DNA of 63,930 bases, the filler included, from Octopus bimaculoides (lineage: Eukaryota): assembly GCF_001194135.2 (NCBI RefSeq). It is 5 parts of 5 records of this genome, joined end to end, with 100 filler letters (N's around TTAATTAATTAA, not from the genome) between each part and the next. Parts side by side here need not be neighbours in the genome. Positions count along the whole stretch, not along the records: positions 1 to 25,857 come from NC_068996.1; 4 more parts are not named here. One strand, given 5' to 3'. The notes beneath the pieces are model-generated. The model searched no databases. It had not been told where the DNA came from and saw nothing but the letters and a program-made list of their open reading frames with translations. Below, one piece after another: positions 13,461 through 25,267 of this stretch. Both the position numbers and the translations under genes were made by a program. Every line of letters begins with the position of its first letter. Position 1 is the stretch's first letter.

Positions 13461-13628
13461 ATGTGGCTGTGTGATAAGGAGCTTGTTTCCCAACCACATG
13501 ATTCCAGTTTCTGCTCCTCTGCATGGTACCTTGGGCAAGTGTGTCCTATAATATTGTCTTTGGCCAACCAAAGCCTTGTGGGTGGATTTGGTAGATAGAA
13601 ACTGAAAGGAGCCCATCATGTATATATG
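13461..13628 (+). mobile_element. SINE family A, 5' half (tRNA-like head)
   Basis: Aligns by eye to the 5' half of the full copy at 25958-26275 (cccaaccacatg..accttgggcaagtg..caaagccttgtg..ggatttggtag). Confidence 0.85.
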
Positions 13629-15110
13629 TCATCATCATCATCGTTTAATGCCTGCTTTCCATGCTAGCATGGGTTGGACGATTTGACTGAGGACTAATGA
13701 ACCGGATGGCTACACCAGGCTCCAATCTGATTTGGCAGAGTTTNNNNNNNNNNCTACACCAGGCTCCAATCTGATTTGGCAGAGTTTCTACAGCTGGATG
13801 CCCTTCCTAACGCCAACCACTCCGAGAGTGTAGTGGGTGCTTTTACGTGTCACCGGCACGAGGGCCAGTTACGCGGTACTGGCAACGGACATGCTCAAAA
13901 TGGTGTTTTTTACGTGCCACCGGCACAAGTGCTAGTAAAGCAACGCTGGTAATGTAATCGCTCAAATGGTGCTATTTACAGGCGACTAGCACGGAAGCCA
14001 GACAACTGCTCTGGCAATGATCATGCTTGGACAGTGCTGTCAGTGCTCCACTGGCACAGGTGCCAGTCATCGAATATGGTTCAATTACGATTTCGATTAC
14101 ACTTGCCCCAACAGGTCTTCACAAGCAGAGTTTAGTGTCCAATGAAGGAGAGGTTGGCATGGGTGCCTGTCATCGGATTCGGTTCGATTTCGATTTTGAA
14201 TTCACTTGCCTCAACAGGTCTTCGCAAGCAGAGTTTTTAGTGTCCAATGAAGTAAAGATACGAATAAATGAGCTGGCTACACTTCTGGCAGTGGCTACAG
14301 AATATGCTCTCACTTGGCTTGCCGGGTCTTCTCATATACTGCATGTTTCCAAAGGTCCTGGTCACTAGTCATTGCCTCTGTGAAGCCTAAAGTTTGAAGG
14401 TCGTGCTTCACCACCTCATCCCAGGTCTTCCTGGGTCTACCTCTTCTACAGGTTCCCTCAACTGCTAGGGTGTGGCACTTTTTCACACAACTATCCTCAT
14501 CCATTCTCACCACATGACCATACCAGCGCAATCATCTCTCTTGCACACCACAACTGATGCTTCTTAGGTCTAACTTTTCTCTCAAGATACTTACACTCTG
14601 TCGAGTATGCACACTGACATTACACATCCATCGGAGCATACTGGCTTCGTTTCTTGCGAGCTTATGCATGTCCTCAACAGTCACAGCACATGTTTCACTG
14701 CCATGTAGCATGGCGGTTCGTACGCAAGCGTCATACAGTCTGCTTTTACTCTGATTGAGAGGCCCTTTGTCACCAGCAGAGGTAAGAGCTTTATGAACTT
14801 TGCCCAGGCTATTCTTATTCTAGCAGCTACACTTTCAGCGCACCCTCCCCCACTACAAACTCGGTCACCTAGATAGCAGAAGCTATCAACTACTTCGAGT
14901 TTTTCTCCCTGGAATGTGGCAAAAGTTGTTTTCTGCACATTTTCAGTGTTTATTGCTCCTCAGCATCTGCCACATACAAAAACTAACTTCCTAGTTAGCC
15001 TTCCTTAGATATTGCTGCACCTCTTATGTGTCCATAGCTTACACTGGGTACATCTTATGGAGTTTCTACCTACGCTTTTTCTATAGATCGAGTAGGGCCA
15101 GAGTGTTGTT
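13629..15110 (-). mobile_element. RTE-clade LINE copy 2 (RT C-terminus plus 3' UTR, 5'-truncated)
   Basis: VVDSFCYLGD, RIRIAWAKF..LLPLL, LRWYGHVVRM..GRPRKTWDEVV..EKTRQAK*; (ATG)n tail at 13629. Confidence 0.92.
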
Positions 15111-15245
15111 GCTCGCTTGAAGCATTGTGTATTGTTTGTAAAAAATAATAAACAATAATAATAATATATTTTGAATGGCACAACAATGCTCTATAATAAC
15201 AACAATGGACTATAATAACTGGTGTAATTTAATCATCCTTAGTCT

Positions 15246-15287
15246 GATATAATATTTTGGAATATAAAAATCCCTTCTTCAGATATC
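15246..15287 (-). ncRNA. Degenerate minimal hammerhead-like motif (left arm of palindrome)
   Basis: Exact reverse complement of 15373-15414. Confidence 0.5.
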
Positions 15288-15372
15288 CCTAGGAATTGAT
15301 TGAGTCACTGCTATAATCGATTTTCCAACTGTTGCAAAATCGATTATAGCAGTGACTCAATCAATTCCTAGG

Positions 15373-15414
15373 GATATCTGAAGAAGGGATTTTTATATTC
15401 CAAAATATTATATC
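15373..15414 (+). ncRNA. Degenerate minimal hammerhead-like motif (right arm of palindrome)
   Basis: gatat CTGAAGA a gggat-ttttat-attcc AAAA TA TT atatc: stem I gatat/atatc, intact CUGANGA, 5-bp stem II. AAAATATT is read as decayed GAAACGTT (inference), so G12 is lost. Confidence 0.5.
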
Positions 15415-15744
15415 AGACTATGGATGATTAAATTACACCAGTTATTATAGTCCATTGTTGTTATAATGGTGCATTGTTGTGCCATTCAAAATACATTATT
15501 ATTATTATTTATTATTTTATAAACACACACACACACACACACACACATGCACACACACACACACACACACATTAATATAGACAACAATGTGCAATGTTTT
15601 ATCAAAAAGGAAAACTATACTTGCCACTAAATATGACTAGGGTGTTAGAATACCTACATTGCTAAAAATAAGACCTTAAAAGCTCTAATGCTGTAGTTAA
15701 AACACATAATTGTATATGATTATGTACTTTGACTACTTGTGTGT

Positions 15745-15977
15745 GTGTGTGTGTGTGTGTCTTTGTGTCTGTGTTTGTCCCCCATCACTGCTTGACAACT
15801 GGTGTTGGTGTGTTTACCTCCCTGTAACCTAGCAGTTCAACAAAAGAGACTGATAGAATAAGTACTAGGCTTTAAAAAAAATAAGTCCTGGGGTCAATTT
15901 GTTCTACTAAAACCCTTCAAGGCAGTGCTCCAGCATGGCTGCAGTCAGATGATTGAAACAAGTAAAAGAATAAAAGA
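15745..15977 (+). mobile_element. SINE family A, 3' half
   Basis: gcttgacaac..ggtgtgtttac..caaaagagac..gatagaataagtactagg..cagcatggctgcagtc..aaacaagtaaaagaataaaaga; matches 25958-26060 and 62612-62815. Confidence 0.85.
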
Positions 15978-17619
15978 GCTGCCTTTTCAAACTCATTTGG
16001 GATTTGGTATTCTTTCTACATTTTCAAGATCAGAGTGAAAAGTCTCATATTGAGAGGTAGTTCCCGATGTTGCAATAATTTAAGAGAGATGCTTTATTTT
16101 GGGGATTTTCATGGTTTCATTCTATTCATGTCATTTTCCAACTCTTGAAATAAAGGTTGTTTAAGATGATATGGGACATTTCAGTTCAGTAATTATGGAA
16201 AATATCCTTTCTAGCATTTGAGTATATTTTGTGAATCCATTAGGATGTTGGAGTTGACTGTAGCCACTAGGTTGCTTCTTTGATGTTCATACAGGGCTAA
16301 ACATTTGCTTCCTTCCAGCAATGAGGTTTCTGGGTTCATGGGCATTTGTATAATTCCTGAGTTCTATTGCTACTTTCCTTTCTGTCTATACGTATGTCTC
16401 TCATTCTGTATCACTCTATTTTACCATTCCAGAGAAAGTTATAGAGAAAGAAAAATTAAAGAGTGATTAAGGAGGAAATAAAACATTTTGTCATCACACC
16501 TACTTGAGAATCTCTCATTTACTCACACAACCTCTCTTTTCCAACTTCATGCATTTTGACTTTTTCTCCATTTGCTATCTTGACAGACAGAAGGGTATGA
16601 TGTGAGGAGATTTGATTTCTGTTTCTCAAAATAACATTATACAAAATTTCCTTATGAGCATCCATTTTGTAGATTCTGAATACAAGTTGGACACACATGC
16701 AAACAATTCACACACACACACGTGTGTGAATATATGTGTATGAGTGTCCTCATCATGACTTTACATTAACTTTCCATACTGGTATGGGTTTGACAAGTTG
16801 CCATGATCCAAATCCACCCTTATTCATAGTTAGTGCACTCCTACACTGCTGGAGACCACATCTTATATGTTTCATTATTGAAATATTTTCTGTGCCTGGA
16901 TGCTCTTCACAACTCTGGCTTCTTTACAGTGTGTACTGGATGCATTTTACTGTAATACAAGCACTAGAAAGGTTGTCATGTTCTCTATGTTTCCTCTACT
17001 CATTTGTCAACCACTTTATAGAGTCTACTAGATGCATTTTATTATGCACCAACACTAATGAGCTTGAATTGAACTCAACACTAGAAGTCCTGACTACTCT
17101 TCTATGCATCCTCTTGCTTGAGGCAAAAATAATCAAGAGGGTAAACAGAAGAAGTGACAACATCAGAAGAATTAGGATGAATGGATGAAGGGAATAACAG
17201 ATGATAGAAACAGAGTGATTGAAGGGGAAGCCACAGATGAATAATTACAGAGGTGGACAATGGTAAAGGAAAGTGATGGCTCAGTGTTGTTGAAATGATT
17301 GGCAATACAGAAAGTGATAGTAGTGTGTATTGGATACTAAGATCTTATACAATTATTATACATAGGCTTTTAGAAGGGTGAGAGGTAAGAATGGTGGTGA
17401 TGAGGGATTAAATATGAGTAAGTTCAATACCATCCTCTGTTACATAGGCAGTATTATACAGTAAATAGGAGAAAGGTTGAGTATCAGAGAGTTGGAAAGG
17501 TTAAACAGGTCAAATGCCTTCTTTTGTTTAACTGACAGCATAGCACAGTGAATAGAAAGGTATGTTAGTGGCAAGAGAATGAGTGAAAGAGAGAGAGAGA
17601 GAGAGAGACAAGAGGGTAT

Positions 17620-18420
17620 CAAAGAGGTCATGATGGCTGCAGATGTAGACTTAAAAGTCTTCATCAGCTGCCTCTATGGATATATCGGGGGGGGGGGGAA
17701 ATCCAAATGTAGTTTTTTATTATGCCTTACAGCCTCCATGCTTCTTCATTACTATTGCACCAATCAGTGCAGTTCTTTGTCATCTCCTCAGTGAGCTTTG
17801 CCACTGAGGAGATGTCTTCACTTGCTTCTTTCATATCACCTTGAGTTTCCTTCTTCCACTTTTTCCAAATACTTTGGGCACTTTGTACTTCTTTATACAG
17901 CTGTCACACGATGGCTGTCCTCTTATATTCAGTTTTTCTCTCACCTCATTTGTATTGTTGTTCATGCAAACATTTTACACAAATATATGCTTACTTCATT
18001 TCTTTCTGGCCTTCATAAATCATGTTTCCAGGACCTATGACTCACCACCATGCACTATTGCAGGTCACATAAAAGCATCAAACAGTCTGCTCTTCACTCT
18101 GAGATAGAAACCTGCTTCCAGCATATGTAATAGCTCGCTGACATCTTTTAATCTGTTCTTACTCAGGCTGCTATGTTTTCAGAACACTCACCACCTCTGC
18201 AATTAGGTCATCTACATAACAGAAGTTATTTACAACTTCTATTGGGGTATTTTAGAGAATCTGTTTCATATGTGCTCTTAATGTTCACTACTTCTGTGCA
18301 TCTGTCACATACAAAGTCTCTTTCCTCCACCAGACTTCCTGTGATTTCACTACAACTCTTGTATATTCCTAATTTACACTTAGTACACCATATATGGAAC
18401 TTTTCTTTCTTCTTTTTTGA
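17620..18420 (-). mobile_element. Old RTE-like LINE 3' remnant
   Basis: Degenerate similarity by eye to the RT C-terminal region of RTE copies 1-3; no intact frame. Confidence 0.5.
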
Positions 18421-18860
18421 AGATCTAACATAATTATTTCCATTATCATAGTATTATCCTTTTTCTTTTATACTTACTAATAGTTTTAATCTTTGTTATA
18501 TTTACCCTGAGACCTTATGATTCTATCCTTTACTACAATTCTCTGATTCTGCTACAAATTGAGCTATAAGAGCAAAGTTATTATACAGCAGGTACCGCAG
18601 ACAGCTACTCTTATACTATTCCATTATGACCTGGAGGACTGATAAATATTAATGGCATGAGAACTGAACTTAGTGCACACATACTAGCAAGCTAAATTTC
18701 ATTGCTGAACTCATTAATAACTCACACCTTGCTAAACGCACTTTTGCACTGGGTTGGAAGGGGTACATGGCCCACATAAGCCAGTTGCTTCATTAGCAAC
18801 ATTCAGACTGCAGAGCATGAAACCCAGTTAAAGTGTTTTCCCAGGCTGACAAATATCCCT

Positions 18861-19028
18861 TCCAAACATTCATTTTTGGAGGGAATTTTTTGATAAAGTG
18901 TAGTTCTGCATGAAAATACATTAGTATAATATTTGTAAATTAACAATTTGAAAAATCAATCAGTAAATAAAATAAAACGAATATATACACACACACATAC
19001 ACACACACATACACACACACATACATAT

Positions 19029-19080
<52 letters not shown>

Positions 19081-19370
19081 GCAAAACTAGAACATCTCAA
19101 TGCTACACATAGATATGTCTGAACATTTGTAGAGATGAACCACATTTGGAATAAAGAATTCAAATTCTCCACTTTACCTTCAAACATTCAATTTTATGGA
19201 GGATTCCTTGATGAAGTGTGTGTGTGTGTGGTTGGGAATATGTCCATCACGCCTCTTTCAATTCCATGATTTTGCGTTAGAGAACATTAGTATAACACAA
19301 AATGTATTGTCTCTGCTTTTCTTTCAAACATTCAACTTTGGAGAGAATTTTTGATGAAATGTAGTTCCAT
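18861..19370 (-). repeat. Three diverged copies of the Penelope C-terminal ~45 bp (about 18861-18910, 19179-19218, 19322-19370)
   Basis: tccaaacattcatttttggagggaattttttgataaagtgtag / ttcaaacattcaattttatggaggattccttgatgaagtgtg / ttcaaacattcaactttggagagaatttttgatgaaatgtag. Confidence 0.75.
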
Positions 19371-19812
19371 TGCTTTTCGGTATTGTGGATCGTCCCGTGC
19401 ACATTTGTGAAAGGGAAAAATTTTGAATTTTCCATTGCTGCATATTTCCAGATGTTTATTTAATGGAATCTTGCGTAATTCTTCTTGTCAGATATGTTGC
19501 CTGTGGATTCCTGCACATTGGCAAAGAGACTTATTTGTTTCACCGATGTAATTTTCTTTGCAGTTTGGGCAGGTAATGCAGTATATAAGGTTTTGCATTT
19601 TGCAGTTCATATCTGTATTTATTTTTAAAAAGGATCTGCTCTTGAATTTTATGTGGGAACCACTTTCCAAGTTTTTGAAGTTGTTGATATTGTTGCCTGT
19701 TCCTCACTCCTATCCCCACATTCTTTTACTAAGAATTCTGATTTATTCTCTGATTTGAATTCTGCCCTTGTGAGGTGTTTTTTAAGATTTTTTGGTTGGC
19801 GTCTGCTATTCC
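19325..19812 (-). mobile_element. Penelope-like element, GIY-YIG endonuclease C-terminal fragment
   Basis: RRQPKNLKKHLTRAEF, NLIYCITCPNCKENYIGET, HRQHI, KIPLNKHLEICSNGKFKIFPFHKC..ELHFIK..PKLNV*. Confidence 0.88.
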
Positions 19813-22800
19813 ATAAGGTGCCAGTCATCGAGTATGGTTCAATTATGATTTCACTTGCAAGTAGAGTTTAGTGTCCAATGAAGGAAAGGTTGGCATGGGT
19901 GCCAGTCGTCGGATTCGGTTCGATTTCAATTTCAAATTTAAAATTCGAAATTCCAAATTCACTTGCCTCAACAGGTCTTCGCAAGCAGGGTTTTTAGTAT
20001 CCAATAAAGTAAAGATATGAATTAGTGAGCTGCCTACACTTCTGGCAGAGGTCATAGATTATGCTCTCACTTGCCTTGCTGGGTCTTCTCACATACTGCA
20101 TATTTCCAAAGGTCCCAGTCACTGGTCATTGCCTTGGTGAGGCCTAAAGTTCGAAGGTTGTGCTTCACCACTTCATCTCAGGTCTTCCTGGGTCTACCTC
20201 TTCCACAGGTTCCCTCAACTGCTAGGGTGTGGCACTTTTTCACACAGCTATCCTCATCCATTCTTGCCACATGTCCATACCAGCACAATTGTCTCTCTTG
20301 CACACCACAACTGCTGCTTCTTAGGTCTAACTTTTCTCTCAAGGTACTTACACTCTGTCTAGTATGCACACTGACATTACACATCCATACTGGCTTCGTT
20401 TCTTGCAAGCTTACGCATGTCCTGACCAGTCACGGCCCATGTTTCACTGCCATGTAGCATGGCTGTTTGTACACATGCGTCATACAGTCTGCCTTTTACT
20501 CTGAGTGAGAGGCCCTTTGTCACCAGCAGAGGTAAGAGCNNNNNNNNNNAGTCTGCCTTTTACTCTGAGTGAGAGGCCCTTTGTCACCAGCAGAGGTAAG
20601 AGCTCTCTGAACTTTGCCCAGGCTATTCTTATTCTAGCAGTTACACTTTCAGTGCACCCTCCTCCGCTACGGACTTGGTCTCCTAGGTAGCGGAAGCTAT
20701 CAACTACTTCTAGTTTTTCTCCCTGGAGTGTGGTAAAGGTTGTTTTCTGCACAACATTTTCAGTGTTTATTGCTCCTGGGCATCTGTCACATACAAAAAC
20801 TATCTTGTCCATAGCTTGCACTGGGTACATCTTATGGAGTTTCTAACTACACCTTTTCTACAGATCGAGCAGGGTCATCTACCTGAAGGGATTTGTGTTT
20901 TGTCTACCTCCCTACTTATTAGGACTTTGGTTTTAGCTAAGTTGACTCTAAAGCCCTTCGATTCTAGTCCTTGCTTCCACACCTGAAACTTCTCCCCTAG
21001 TTCTGATAGTGACTCAGCAATTAGGGCAAGGTACTCAGCATAGAGGAGCTCCCAGGGGCATCCCGTCTTGAATTCCTGTGTTATTGCCTGGAGGACTATG
21101 ATAAATAGGAGGGGGCTGAGGACTGAACCTTGGTGGACCCCTACCTCTACCTGGAATTCTTCACTGTACTCATTGCCAACCCTCACCTTACTGACAGCGT
21201 CTCTGTACATGGCTCGCACAGCTCTCACTAACCATTCTTCTATCCCTNNNNNNNNNNNNNNNNNNNNNNNNNNNNNNNNNNNNNNNNNNNNNNNNNNNNN
21301 NNNNNNNNNNNNNNNNNNNNNNNNNNNNNNNNNNNNNNNNNNNNNNNNNNNNNNNNNNNNNNNNNNNNNNNNNNNNNNNNNNNNNNNNNNNNNNNNNNNN
21401 NNNNNNNNNNNNNNNNNNNNNNNNNNNNNNNNNNNNNNNNNNNNNNNNNNNNNNNNNNNNNNNNNNNNNNNNNNNNNNNNNNNNNNNNNNNNNNNNNNNN
21501 NNNNNNNNNNNNNNNNNNNNNNNNNNNNNNNNNNNNNNNNNNNNNNNNNNNNNNNNNNNNNNNNNNNNNNNNNNNNNNNNNNNNNNNNNNNNNNNNNNNN
21601 NNNNNNNNNNNNNNNNNNNNNNNNNNNNNNNNNNNNNNNNNNNNNNNNNNNNNNNNNNNNNNNNNNNNNNNNNNNNNNNNNNNNNNNNNNNNNNNNNNNN
21701 NNNNNNNNNNNNNNNTGCAGCCTCATTTAGTGCAAGCGTATCATCATCCATGCGAACACATTTCTCTCCCACAACATCACGATTCTCTCTCACACACTGT
21801 CTTGCAACACGAAATACTTCAAGTCTTTGGTCCTCATGGCGCAGAACATTGGCAAATTTTTTCTTATCTGCTTCCCCTCTGGCTAAATAAACCTGTCTCC
21901 TAGCTTCCCTTCTAGCAGTCTGATACAATTCCCTGCTACCTCCGTTCTTCCAGTCCTTCCAAGCCTGTTTCTTTTGTCTAATAGCCCTGTCAACCACATT
22001 GTTCCACCACCATGTTACTTTGAGTTGAGAGGGAACTTTGCACCAGCCACAGATCTGGTCGGTGGCTCTCAGTAAGTTGTCCTGCAGAAATCTCCAATTG
22101 TCTTCCACGTTGTGTGATGTTATATCCCCTTCTATTTCGTCAAATGCTTTGAGTAGTATGTCTCTAAATCTCTGTCCATTTGCAGGATCTTTAAGCTTCC
22201 AGACCCTTTTCCTCCAAGCTGGTCTACTTCTGGGCAGCCATTTAGCCTTGATCCCGAAGTCGCTAACTACTAATCTGTGTTGTGGGGTACATTCTTCGCC
22301 AGGGAAGGTTTTGGCATTTATAAGCTGCCCTCTTTCCCTATTTCTGGTGAGGATGTAGTCGATTTGGCTATTGTGTCTGCCGGAATGGTAGGTGACTAGG
22401 TGACAGGCAGGTTTCCTGAAGTCGGTATTGCAAACCATAAGATCGTTTGCATCACAGAACTCCAGCAACCTGGTTCCCTCCTCATTGCGGGAACCGAAGC
22501 CATAGCCTCCATGTACGTTATGGAAGCCCCCTGCATGTTGTCCAACATGACCATTGAAATCACCAGCCACAAAGGGTAGGTCCCTGTCATTCGTCAGTGA
22601 GGTAGTTTGCAAGAGGGTGTCGTAGAATTGGTCTTTCTGCCCATCCAATAGCCCCGGTTGAGGGGCATAGGCCGAGATGATGGTAACTAACCTATGGTGA
22701 AGCACTAGTCTAATCTTAAGTACTCTGTTATATACTCTGACTACCTCAATTACCTCATCAACCCATTTCTCTGCTAGAAGTATACCCATGCCCCCGACCA

Positions 22801-23410
22801 CGTCAGTGTTCCCTGCCCAGAAAATCTTGTACCTTTGTTCTTTGCCTCTGAGGAACCTCGCGGAAGCTCCTCTCCACCTTACTTCTTGGATGCAGCACAA
22901 ATCTACGCATCTCCGTTCAAGCATCTCAACAATCTCACCAGACCTACCTTTCAGTGTGCCGACGTTGAGAGTGCCAATTCTGACAGTGTGGGAGGTGTGG
23001 GCCTGTGAGACCCTGGGATGAGGGAAAGCAGTGTCCTGTACCTGAAAAGATAGCTTGCATTTGGCAGAATTCATAAACAAAACAATGTCTACAACGTGCA
23101 TACACTACACCATCTTTATGCGCTATAAGATCGTTAAACCCAGGGTAGCGTAGGGGATGGCATTAGGCCCCTAGAAGTGTTCACGGGAGACAACCAAGGA
23201 TGACAGAGGACAAGAACTTCCGGTACTGGTGGAGTGGGTGGTGTGGGGAGCGTTTATACCGCGAACCAGTAAGTTTAAAGGGAGAGCTACTTCTGCACTC
23301 TTATACTATGGGAGACAAATTTAGACAGATTTAGAGAGAATGAGTTAAAGGAACGACAAACTTGAATAAAGTAAAGAAAAATAAATAAATAAAGCGTGGC
23401 GATTAAAAGG
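19813..23410 (-). mobile_element. RTE-clade LINE copy 3, near full length (5' UTR, APE, RT), 3' tail missing
   Basis: APE (IGTLNVGTL, CIQEVRW, ISAYAPQ, VAGDFNGHVG, SQIDYIL, QHRLVV) and RT (QGSVLSPLLF) around a 468-N gap; C-terminus GRPRKT; 5' boundary approximate. Confidence 0.95.
21716..23101 (-). pseudogene. Uninterrupted APE endonuclease plus linker frame of RTE copy 3
   Basis: About 460 codons without a stop up to the gap; downstream RT has YADD changed to YAEY (21031-21042) and frameshifts. Confidence 0.85.
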
Positions 23411-23514
23411 AATGNNNNNNNNNNNNNNNNNNNNNNNNNNNNNNNNNNNNNNNNNNNNNNNNNNNNNNNNNNNNNNNNNNNNNNNNNNNNNNNNNNNNNN
23501 NNNNNNNNNNNNNN

Positions 23515-23700
23515 CAAAACTGACCCCTTGAACAGGACACCAGTTTGTTATAGAGTAACCACTGGTATTCATTTTCAGTCGAGTGTACTGGAGCAACATG
23601 AAATGAAGTATCATGTTCAAGGACCCACTGTGCCATCCTGTCCAAGAATAGAAATAATGATCTAATAATCATGAATCCAATATCCTATCTACTCAGCAAC
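23515..23700 (-). mobile_element. SINE family C remnant
   Basis: Reverse complement gives a decayed tRNA-like head followed by ttgaacatgatacttcatttcatgttgctccagtacactcgactg, a body type I recall from metazoan SINEs. Confidence 0.55.
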
Positions 23701-23983
23701 AGAAATCTAAGCTACAGAAATCTTGTCACAAGGAAAATAATAGGTGTTTCTAGGTAATCATGGTAAAGTGATTTCACACATATATTTAGAAGGTTTCTCA
23801 TGTCCAGATTTTGTAAAACTAAATTCTTGTTATTTTGTGCATACATTAAGATTAATACAGTCTTGCTTTTTTGGGGGTGACAGAACAGATATATCATGTA
23901 ACATATCCTAAATTACTTTTTACAGTATGATAATTAAGAATGACATCACATAGCTGTGCTTGTGTAAATCTCCCAAATTTCAG

Positions 23984-24078
23984 CTATGTCTGTGGATAAT
24001 ATACATCCATACAACAGCAAAGAAATAATGATAACATCAAAGATAAAAGATGCTTACAAGTACTATTTTGATTGTAAG
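23984..24078 (+). CDS. Candidate second exon of the MIA/TANGO1-like gene (divergent SH3 core)
   Basis: tttcag acceptor, 95 bp open in phase 1 to phase 0 (AMSVDNIHPYNSKEIMITSKIKDAYKYYFDCK), AAG/gtaggg donor. IMITSKIKDAYKYYFDCK aligns loosely with MIA VYVFSKLKGRGRLFWGGS, but the exon is about 13 aa shorter than expected. Confidence 0.33.
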
Positions 24079-25267
24079 GTAGGGGAGAAGGGGGTTACCA
24101 CACATTTACTGAACATTTACTTAACAGCTTAGCGAAATGGTAAAAAGAAAGAAAAAAAGCTATAGCTTTCACAGGACCAATGATTTGGTGTAGGCCCACA
24201 AATCTCTGTAACATTTTTGCATGATTAAGATGACTGGCTCCACATAGAAAAATAAAAGATCAACTAGCCACATTGTCAACCACTCTTAAATCCAGTACCA
24301 CATGACAAAGTAAACCTACTGCCAGTTCCACCAACAAAGATCACAGATAATGAGTCTTCTNNNNNNNNNNNNNNNNNNNNNNNNNNNNNNNNNNNNNNNN
24401 NNNNNNNNNNNNNNNNNNNNNNNNNNNNNNNNNNNNNNNNNNNNNNNNNNNNNNNNNNNNNNNNNNNNNNNNNNNNNNNNNNNNNNNNNNNNNNNNNNNN
24501 NNNNNNNNNNNNNNNNNNNNNNNNNNNNNNNNNNNNNNNNNNNNNNNNNNNNNNNNNNNNNNNNNNNNNNNNNNNNNNNNNNNNNNNNNNNNNNNNNNNN
24601 NNNNNNNNNNNNNNNNNNNNNNNNNNNNNNNNNNNNNNNNNNNNNNNNNNNNNNNNNNNNNNNNNNNNNNNNNNNNNNNNNNNNNNNNAAGATTTAGTTA
24701 GTGGTATGAAACAAAGCATAGTCCACAAGTTGTTGGGAAAGACAGGTATCCATATCTGTCAAACCAAGCAGAGTTAAATGTCTTGGGGCATGATTTGGAA
24801 TTAACAAATGAAAAAAAAAAAAAAAAGCAAGTGTTGCCTGGTTCCAGACTTCAGAATGGAATGAAGTAGGAGTTTGTTTCTGCATTAATATCAGCGGCCT
24901 GAGGTAGAAGATTGGTCATGATAATGATCACAAAGAGCAGAGACCCTTTCATTTTCTCTACTGAAGTAAGTCTTAAAACTATCTTATTGCACAATGCCAA
25001 TGAGAAACCTTTAATACCTGCAGCACATGCCACTTGCTGGAAATTTAACCTTATTCCTTTATACTGAGTGCTTACTAGATATCTGCCAGGATGTTTTAAT
25101 CCCATTTGGTTGGAATTCATGCACCATTCTATACAGCATCTTCCTTGGAGGAACAACTATAACATCCAACATGTATTTTTATTTTCATATTTCCCTTTAT
25201 GCTATCTGTATCACTCCCTTTCCACAATAATTTCTGATATGATGAACTCTATTAACTCTCTTACCTC

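Larger units (their letters stand above)
15133..15525. repeat. About 390-bp near-perfect palindrome centred on 15330
   Basis: Base i pairs with base 30660-i; I count 7 mismatches over 15142-15329 and an uninterrupted 85-bp match (15240-15324 with 15336-15420); essentially no spacer. Confidence 0.97.
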
